Origin: a bacterium
Lineage (GTDB): Bacteria > CG2-30-53-67 > CG2-30-70-394
Reading direction: 5' to 3'
Length of the DNA: 62,718 bases
NCBI GenBank assembly: GCA_036393335.1
Contig: DASWHD010000093.1
Coordinates: 1-62,718, forward strand
Part shown: positions 56,719-62,718 of the stretch, one piece after another
How positions within the stretch are numbered: the stretch's first letter is position 1
Layout of the letters: each line of letters starts with the position of its first letter
Program-made: the position numbers and the translations under genes
Notes under the pieces: generated by a model
What the model saw: only the letters and a program-made list of their open reading frames with translations
What the model was told of the DNA's origin: nothing
Database searches by the model: none

Positions 56719-57957
56719 TCACACCCAGCGCCGCACCGGGTAGACGGCGAGCCGCTTGACCTTCAGGGCGAGCGGCAGCGACGGGAGGAGGGTACGGTCC
56801 ACGGGGCGGTTTGCCGGATCGGCCGCGAGACCCTCCACGACTGCGACGAGCTCCGCCACGATCGCCGGCTCGTCGGTGATGACCATGACCTCGGCCAGGC
56901 GGTCGTGGGCCGCGTGCTCCAGGTTGTAGGTGCCGACCGCCGCCCACCGCTCGTCGGCGACGACGATCTTCGAGTGCTCGCCACGCAGGTTCTCAAACAC
57001 CCGGATGCCGAGATCCAGGCAGCGCCGGTAGTAGAAGGTGGCCGCCAGCCACGGTGCCACCGACTCCGGCAAGGCGTCGCGATGGGAGTGGTAGATCTCG
57101 ACCTGCACCCCGCGCCGCGCCGCCCGCTCCAGGGCGTCGAAGAGCTCCGGCACCGGCTTGAAGTAAAAGCTGGTGATGCGCAGCGTGCGCTGGGCGGCGT
57201 CGATGAGTCGCACCAGCTCCCGGGTCACAGGGTTCGGCCGGGCCTGCACGATCGGGCTGAGCGGCGAGGGGTCGGCCGCCGGGTGGCCGGCGACACAATA
57301 GGTGGTGGGCGACGGCGGGGGTCCCGCCGCCGGGTACGCCCGGGCACGCAACCGGGTGAGGTGGGAGCGCACCGGCCGCTCGATGAACGCCATCAGGAGG
57401 TCGAGCAATTGCGCCGCGATCGGCCCGCGCAGCGCCACGGCGTACTCGTTCCACCGCGCGAACGAGGTGGCGGAGATGTTGCCGCTGGACAGGATCGTCT
57501 CCCCCGCCTCGGAGACCTGTACCTTGATGTGCAGGCCGCCGCCCATGAGCCGTTGCAGCCGGGTCGGGGCGCGGTAGAGGACCAGGTGCACGCCGGCGGC
57601 GCGCAGGGTGGTGAACAGCGCGCCGAGGCGTTGCCACTCCGCCGTGCTCATCAGGGCGCGGGCGATGCGCTGGCCGAAACCATCGATGATCAGCCACGTG
57701 TCCACGCCGCGGCGCGCCGCCGCGATCAGCTCGCCGGCGTATTCCCGGCCGTAGCGATCGTAATGGTAGAAGTAGCTGGAGGTGTAGAGGAACTCCCGGG
57801 CGCACCGCACCATGGCGATGCGCCGCTGCCACTCGGCGCGCCGGCGGACGAGGGAGGTGAAGGGGGTGGCCGGTAGCGCCAGGCGCGAGGGCCGTGCCGC
57901 ATCCCGCAGTCGTGGCGGCGAGTCGCTGGCGAGGATCGGGGCCGGAGCGGGGGGCAT
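56719..57957 (-). CDS. Phospholipase D-superfamily protein with two HKD motifs
   Basis: LHIKVQVSEAGETILSSGNIS and HSKIVVADERWAAVGTYNLE. The start is uncertain; the ORF is open up to 58347. Confidence 0.72.
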   Translation of the reverse strand: MPPAPAPILASDSPPRLRDAARPSRLALPATPFTSLVRRRAEWQRRIAMVRCAREFLYTSSYFYHYDRYGREYAGELIAAARRGVDTWLIIDGFGQRIARALMSTAEWQRLGALFTTLRAAGVHLVLYRAPTRLQRLMGGGLHIKVQVSEAGETILSSGNISATSFARWNEYAVALRGPIAAQLLDLLMAFIERPVRSHLTRLRARAYPAAGPPPSPTTYCVAGHPAADPSPLSPIVQARPNPVTRELVRLIDAAQRTLRITSFYFKPVPELFDALERAARRGVQVEIYHSHRDALPESVAPWLAATFYYRRCLDLGIRVFENLRGEHSKIVVADERWAAVGTYNLEHAAHDRLAEVMVITDEPAIVAELVAVVEGLAADPANRPVDRTLLPSLPLALKVKRLAVYPVRRWV

Positions 57958-58425
57958 GGGTTCGCAGGCTCGGTCGCCGCGGCGCGTCACCGCCGTCGGC
58001 TCCTCTCCTCCAGCATAGTAGGCCCCGGCAAGATGGGCAGCGTGCGATCCGATCGTCGTCGGCTCACCAGAGGTCGGTCCACGCGGGTGCGTCGAGAACG
58101 CCATCGTGTAGTCGCATCGTCCACTCTCGTTTGTGGCCTGCATGAACGACGGTGCCCGGCCCGGTGCAGGTGGCCGGGGGTTCCCTGCCGGTCGTGAGCC
58201 GAACAGGTAGGCACCGGATCGTGGCGGTGGCGGGTGCAGCGGGTGGCCAGAGATCCGGCTACAGCAGTCAGCAGGGGCTACCTCGATGGTCCAATCAGGG
58301 CCATGATCCTCTCGACTGAACAACGCCGCGCCAAGCAATACGGTCAACTCCGTTGATGGCGGGTGGGCACGAAGTTCAAGGCGTGGCGGGATCCGCGGCC
58401 GTGTGGGGGAGGAGGGTAGTCAGGC

Positions 58426-61400
58426 GTGGCCAATCCATTCTTCGACCATCCCATCCTCAACTCGCCTTACGCGTACCCGGCGCGCCACTGGGAGCTGGAT
58501 GAGACCGGCCAGCCGACCCAGCGGATCATCGACCGCCGCCGCCGCGCCGAGTTCATCTCTCCGATCCCGAAACCGCGCAAGCGCCGCGGAGTGGCCACTC
58601 AGGAGCGACTGGTCCTCGACGAGGGCGAGGGCCTCTCCACCCAGGCGCAGCAGTACGACACGACGGCGGTCATCAACGCCGTTCGCCAGCAGGTCGACCG
58701 CTGGCGCGCGCTGCCCAACCCCAGCGACTGGCACGTCACCCCCGAGACCGCCCGTCTCCTCACCCACTGGCGCCACCATCGGTTCAGCTCCATCCGCCCC
58801 TTCTTCTGCCAGGTCGAGGCGGTGGAGACCGCCATCTGGCTCACCGAGGTCGCCCCGGAAGCGGGCAAGGCGGGCAAGGAGATCCTCGCGCACCTAGCCA
58901 ACGCCAACCACGACGCCAACCCGGAGATCCTGCGCCTCGCCCTGAAGCTCGCGACCGGCGCCGGCAAGACCACGGTGATGGCGATGCTGATCGCTTGGCA
59001 GACCGTCAACGCGGTCCGCCGGCCCGGCAGCAAGAAATTCACCTGCGGCTTCCTGGTCGTCACCCCCGGCCTGACCATCAAGGACCGACTGCGGGTGCTC
59101 CAGCCCAACGACCCGGACAGCTACTACGCCCGCCGCGAGCTGATCCCCGCCGACATGGTCGGCGACCTGAACGAGCGCGCCAAGATCGTCATCACCAACT
59201 ACCACGCCTTCAAGCTGCGTGAGCGGATGGCGCTGTCCAAGGGGGGCCGCTCCCTCCTCCAGGGCCGTGGCGAGCCCCTCACCACCGTGGAGAGCGAGGG
59301 GCAGATGCTCCAGCGGGTGATGCCCAGCCTCATGGGGATGAAGCACATCCTGGTCCTCAACGACGAGGCCCACCACTGCTACCGCGAAAAGCCGGGCGAA
59401 GCAGACGAGGGCGACCTCAAGGGCGACGATCGCAAGGAGGCCGAGCACAACCGCGAGGCCGCCCGTCTCTGGATCTCCGGCATCGAGGCGGTCAACCGCA
59501 AGCTCGGCGTGGCGCGGGTCCTCGACCTCTCGGCGACGCCGTTCTTCCTGCGCGGCTCCGGCTACGCGGAGGGCACCCTCTTCCCCTGGACCCTGAGCGA
59601 CTTCTCGCTCATGGACGCCATCGAGTGCGGCATCGTCAAACTGCCGCGGGTGCCGGTGGCCGACAACGTCCCGGGCGAGGAGATGCCCAAGTTCCGCAAC
59701 CTCTGGGAGCACATCCGCACGCGGATGCCCAAGAAGGGCCGCGGCAAGGCCAAGACCCTCGATCCCCTCGCCATCCCCGTCGAGCTACAGACCGCCCTCG
59801 AAGCCCTCTATGGCCACTACGCGAAGACCTTCCACCTCTGGGACAAGGCGGGGATCCGCGTACCCCCCTGCTTCATCATCGTCTGCAACAACACCTCCAC
59901 CTCCAAGCTCGTGTACGACTACCTCTCGGGCTTCCACCGCGAGAACGACGACGGCACCACCACCTTCGAAAACGGCCGCCTCGCCCTGTTCCGCAACTTC
60001 GACGACCACGGCAACCCGCTCGCCCGCCCCCGCACCCTGCTCATCGACAGCGAGCAGCTCGAATCCGGCGACGCCCTGGACCAGAACTTCCGCGCCATGG
60101 CCGCCGACGAGATCGACCGCTTCCGCCGCGAGATCGTCGAGCGTACCGGCGATATTCGCCAGGCCGAGAACCTCACCGACCAGGACCTCCTGCGGGAGGT
60201 CATGAACACCGTCGGCAAGGAGGGCCGCCTGGGCGACTCCATCCGCTGCGTCGTCTCCGTCTCCATGCTCACCGAGGGATGGGACGCCAACACCGTCACC
60301 CACGTCCTCGGCGTGCGCGCCTTCGGCACCCAGCTCCTCTGCGAGCAGGTGATCGGCCGCGCCCTGCGCCGCCAGTCCTACGACCTCAACGACGACGGCC
60401 CGGACCAGGGCCTATTCGGCGTCGAGTACGCCGACGTCCTCGGCATCCCCTTCGACTTCACCGCCAAGCCCGTCGTCGCGCCGCCGCAGCCCCCGCGCGA
60501 GACCGTCCAGGTCAAGGCGATCCGCCCCGAGCGCGACGCCCTCGAGATCCGCTTCCCCCGCGTCGCCGGCTACCGCGTCGAGCTGCCGGAAGAGCGCCTC
60601 ACTGCCGAGTTCAATGAAGACTCGGTTCTGGAACTGACCCCCGACCTGGTCGGCCCCTCCATCACCCACAACCAGGGCATCATCGGCGAGGGCGTCGACC
60701 TCACGCTGGTACATACGGGTGATCTGCGTCGTTCAACGCTGCTGTTCCACCTCACCCAGCGCCTGATCTACACCCAGTGGCGCGACCCCGGCGAGGAGCC
60801 CAAGCTCTATCTCTTCGGCCAGCTCAAACGCATCACCCGCCAGTGGCTCGACACCTGCCTGGCGTGCAAGGGCGGGACCTTCCCGGCCCAGCTCATGTAC
60901 CTTTCCCTGGCCGACATGGCCTGCGGCCGCATCACCGCCGCCATCACCCGCGCCGAGGAGGGCAAGCGCCCCATCCAGGCCCTTCTCGACCCCTACAACC
61001 CCACCGGCTCCACCGCCCACGTCAACTTCACCACCGCGAAGACCGACCGCTACGAGACCGACGCCCGGCGCTGCCACATCAACTGGGTGATCCTCGACTC
61101 CGACTGGGAGGCCGAGTTCTGCCGCGTCGCCGAGGCCCATCCCCGGGTCCGGGCCTACGTGAAGAACCACAGCCTGGGCTTCGAGGTCCCGTACCGCTAC
61201 GGCTCCGAGAGCCGCATGTACCGCCCCGACTTCATCGTCATGGTGGACGACGGCCACGGCCTCGACGACCCCCTCCACCTGATCGTCGAGATCAAGGGCT
61301 ACCGCCGCGAGGACGCCAAGGAAAAGAAGGCCACCATGGAGACCTACTGGGTGCCCGGCGTGAACCACCTCAAACAATACGGCCGCTGGGCCTTCGCCGA

Positions 61401-61509
61401 GTTCACCGATGTCTACGCCATGGAGGCGGACTTCGCGGCCAAGGTCGAGACGGCGTTCAACGCGATGATCGACGGTGCGCTGGGCAAGCGGCCGGAATCT
61501 GCGCCATGA
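58426..61509 (+). CDS. Type III restriction-like Res subunit (SF2 DEAD/DEAH helicase-nuclease), 1027 aa
   Basis: Walker A LATGAGKTTVM, DEAH box (LNDEAHHC), helicase motif VI-like QVIGRALRR. The N-terminus MANPFFDHPILNSPY is typical of a widespread Res-like family. A Mod methylase gene follows. Confidence 0.85.
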   Translation: MANPFFDHPILNSPYAYPARHWELDETGQPTQRIIDRRRRAEFISPIPKPRKRRGVATQERLVLDEGEGLSTQAQQYDTTAVINAVRQQVDRWRALPNPSDWHVTPETARLLTHWRHHRFSSIRPFFCQVEAVETAIWLTEVAPEAGKAGKEILAHLANANHDANPEILRLALKLATGAGKTTVMAMLIAWQTVNAVRRPGSKKFTCGFLVVTPGLTIKDRLRVLQPNDPDSYYARRELIPADMVGDLNERAKIVITNYHAFKLRERMALSKGGRSLLQGRGEPLTTVESEGQMLQRVMPSLMGMKHILVLNDEAHHCYREKPGEADEGDLKGDDRKEAEHNREAARLWISGIEAVNRKLGVARVLDLSATPFFLRGSGYAEGTLFPWTLSDFSLMDAIECGIVKLPRVPVADNVPGEEMPKFRNLWEHIRTRMPKKGRGKAKTLDPLAIPVELQTALEALYGHYAKTFHLWDKAGIRVPPCFIIVCNNTSTSKLVYDYLSGFHRENDDGTTTFENGRLALFRNFDDHGNPLARPRTLLIDSEQLESGDALDQNFRAMAADEIDRFRREIVERTGDIRQAENLTDQDLLREVMNTVGKEGRLGDSIRCVVSVSMLTEGWDANTVTHVLGVRAFGTQLLCEQVIGRALRRQSYDLNDDGPDQGLFGVEYADVLGIPFDFTAKPVVAPPQPPRETVQVKAIRPERDALEIRFPRVAGYRVELPEERLTAEFNEDSVLELTPDLVGPSITHNQGIIGEGVDLTLVHTGDLRRSTLLFHLTQRLIYTQWRDPGEEPKLYLFGQLKRITRQWLDTCLACKGGTFPAQLMYLSLADMACGRITAAITRAEEGKRPIQALLDPYNPTGSTAHVNFTTAKTDRYETDARRCHINWVILDSDWEAEFCRVAEAHPRVRAYVKNHSLGFEVPYRYGSESRMYRPDFIVMVDDGHGLDDPLHLIVEIKGYRREDAKEKKATMETYWVPGVNHLKQYGRWAFAEFTDVYAMEADFAAKVETAFNAMIDGALGKRPESAP

Positions 61510-61570
61510 TGGAACGACGCTGTCAGGTGAAGCGGATTACGCGCCATCGATCAGCCATTGAGGTGACACC

Positions 61571-61789
61571 ATGCCGATTTCGCTCCCGCTGAAAGAGATG
61601 ACCCTCGAGGAAAAACTCCAGGCCATGGAGTCGATCTGGGATGACCTCTGCGCCCACGCGGAGCGGATGCCGTCCCCCGACTGGCACGGTGAAGTCCTGG
61701 CCGGGCGGGAGGCCGCGATCGAACGCGGCGAAGAGCGATTCGAGGACTGGGACACGGCCAGGCGGAAGATCGACCAAGACCTCCAGTGA
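61571..61789 (+). CDS. Type II antitoxin (putative addiction-module component family)
   Basis: 72 aa; acidic helical protein with ...EKLQAMESIWDDL...SPDWH...L..R motifs. Has a 4-nt GTGA overlap with the downstream toxin gene. Confidence 0.72.
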   Translation: MPISLPLKEMTLEEKLQAMESIWDDLCAHAERMPSPDWHGEVLAGREAAIERGEERFEDWDTARRKIDQDLQ

Positions 61790-62082
61790 AGATCCGGCTC
61801 CTGACCGCGGCGCGCCGTGACCTGTTCGACGGCTTCCGGTTCTATGAAAAACAGGCCGAGGGAATTGGCCGCTACTTTCTGGACTCCCTGTACTCGGACA
61901 TCGAGTCCCTGCTGATCGACGCCGGCGTCCATCCCCTGCACTTCGGCAAATATCACCGGCTGTTATCCAAGCGCTTTCCCTTCGCGGTCTACTACCGCGT
62001 GGAGAATGACACCATCCTGGTGTACGCCGTACTGGACTGCCGGCGCAATCCGGCCTGGATCCGAGACCGTCTGGGCCGCTGA
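61786..62082 (+). CDS. RelE/ParE-family type II toxin
   Basis: 98 aa with DL...F.FY, FPFAVYYRVENDTILVYAVLDCRRNP, typical of ParE/RelE-fold toxins. Confidence 0.8.
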   Translation: MKIRLLTAARRDLFDGFRFYEKQAEGIGRYFLDSLYSDIESLLIDAGVHPLHFGKYHRLLSKRFPFAVYYRVENDTILVYAVLDCRRNPAWIRDRLGR

Positions 62083-62130
62083 CAGGCAAGGCAACGCCGC
62101 CAGCACGCACACTGGAAGAATCAGGAACGC

Positions 62131-62718
62131 ATGGCCAAGAAGAAGACCGCGAAATCCGTCGAGGCATTGACCCACGACGAGGCCACGCGCAAGAACATCC
62201 CCACCGCCGAGTACCAGGCGGTGATGCGCCAGGAGGAGCAGAGCCCGGTCCGGGTCGCCTACGCGCGCCGCAACCGCGACCTCGATCCGCAACTGGTCTG
62301 GCGCGGCAAGGACGAGCAGGACGGGTCCGACCTCGTGGTCCACGCCCCGCCCCTCTACATCCAGGAGAAGGTCCACCCCAAGGTGTTGATTGACGACTTG
62401 CGTCGTCAATCAGTGGCTAGTGATCAGTGGTTAGTGGCTAGTGAAAGGAAGGGCGAGCGCAGCGAGCACAACCCACTAGCCACTGATCACAACCCACTAG
62501 CCACTGATCACAAACCACTAGCCACTCAACTCGACCTCTTCGCCGACTTCAACGGCATCCCCGAGGGCGTGGACAGGACCGAGTTCTACCAGCACGACGC
62601 CAACTGGTCGAACCGCATGATCCTCGGCGACAGCCTACAGGTGATGGCCTCCCTCGCCGAGCGCGAAGGCCTGCGCGGTCAGGTCCAGTGCATCTACCTC
62701 GACCCGCCCTACGGCATC
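62131..62718 (+). CDS. Type III-like Mod DNA methyltransferase, 5' partial (runs off the window)
   Basis: Own translation from ATG 62131: MAKKKTAKSVEALTHDEATRKNIPTAEY...LVWRGKDEQ...MILGDSLQVM...IYLDPPYGI. The DPPY motif IV sits at the last codons. The ORF is not in the track because it has no stop within the window. Confidence 0.85.
   Translation, partial: MAKKKTAKSVEALTHDEATRKNIPTAEYQAVMRQEEQSPVRVAYARRNRDLDPQLVWRGKDEQDGSDLVVHAPPLYIQEKVHPKVLIDDLRRQSVASDQWLVASERKGERSEHNPLATDHNPLATDHKPLATQLDLFADFNGIPEGVDRTEFYQHDANWSNRMILGDSLQVMASLAEREGLRGQVQCIYLDPPYGI
62411..62527 (+). repeat. In-frame heptamer/21-bp repeat hairpin inside the mod coding sequence
   Basis: Left arm CAGTGGCTAGTGATCAGTGGTTAGTGGCTAGTGA. 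The right arm is three tandem 21-bp units, CACAACCCACTAGCCACTGAT x2 plus a variant, encoding HNPLATD HNPLATD HKPLATQ. The arms are largely complementary. Confidence 0.85.

Noticed and set aside
56719-57957. The PLD-family protein as DrmC of a DISARM system, since PLD, helicase and methylase genes lie nearby.
   Set aside because: It has two HKD motifs and a cardiolipin-synthase-like size, lies on the opposite strand, and no DrmA/DrmB (DUF1998) genes are present. The helicase and methylase are explained by a type III-like Res/Mod pair.

Overview
This is a high-GC bacterial chromosomal segment. Single 60-nt lines counted by hand give about 80% G+C at 54001 but only 43-47% at 26281 and 27361. Gene order looks proteobacterial: tig-clpP-clpX, TPR/lolB-like/ispE and nfeD/SPFH. 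I support about 55 protein-coding genes, all called from motifs and family signatures read in the supplied translations; no database search was possible. Three things stand out. (1) A block of about 23 kb (9.2-32.3 kb) is packed with respiratory and extracellular-electron-transfer type genes. It holds seven multihaem c-type cytochromes carrying 63 CXXCH motifs in total (4, 5, 5, 12, 13, 11 and 13). It also holds two NrfD/FeS quinone modules, a Tat-exported molybdopterin oxidoreductase in B-C-A order, a 440-aa outer-membrane beta-barrel between two large cytochromes, and an FdnI/HydC-type cytochrome b. A sensor kinase whose periplasmic domain has its own CXXCH motif, plus a NarL-type regulator, sits inside the block. 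Two outward-facing sigma-54-type -24/-12 elements lie in one divergent intergenic region. (2) The right end (53.8-62.7 kb) is a defence or DNA-processing island. It contains an AddB-like Fe-S nuclease, a two-HKD PLD protein, a type III-like Res helicase, a RelE/ParE toxin-antitoxin pair nested between res and mod, and a partial Mod methylase with an in-frame hairpin repeat. (3) The repeat load is unusual. There are eight copies or derivatives of a palindromic MITE-like element whose flanking TAG often serves as the stop codon of the neighbouring gene. There is also a family of heptamer-periodic hairpin repeats, including a 13-copy 7-bp tract abutting a kinase start codon, and several other palindromes. 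I recognised no rRNA, tRNA or CRISPR array. Many long ORFs in the track are antisense shadows typical of high-GC DNA and are not called.
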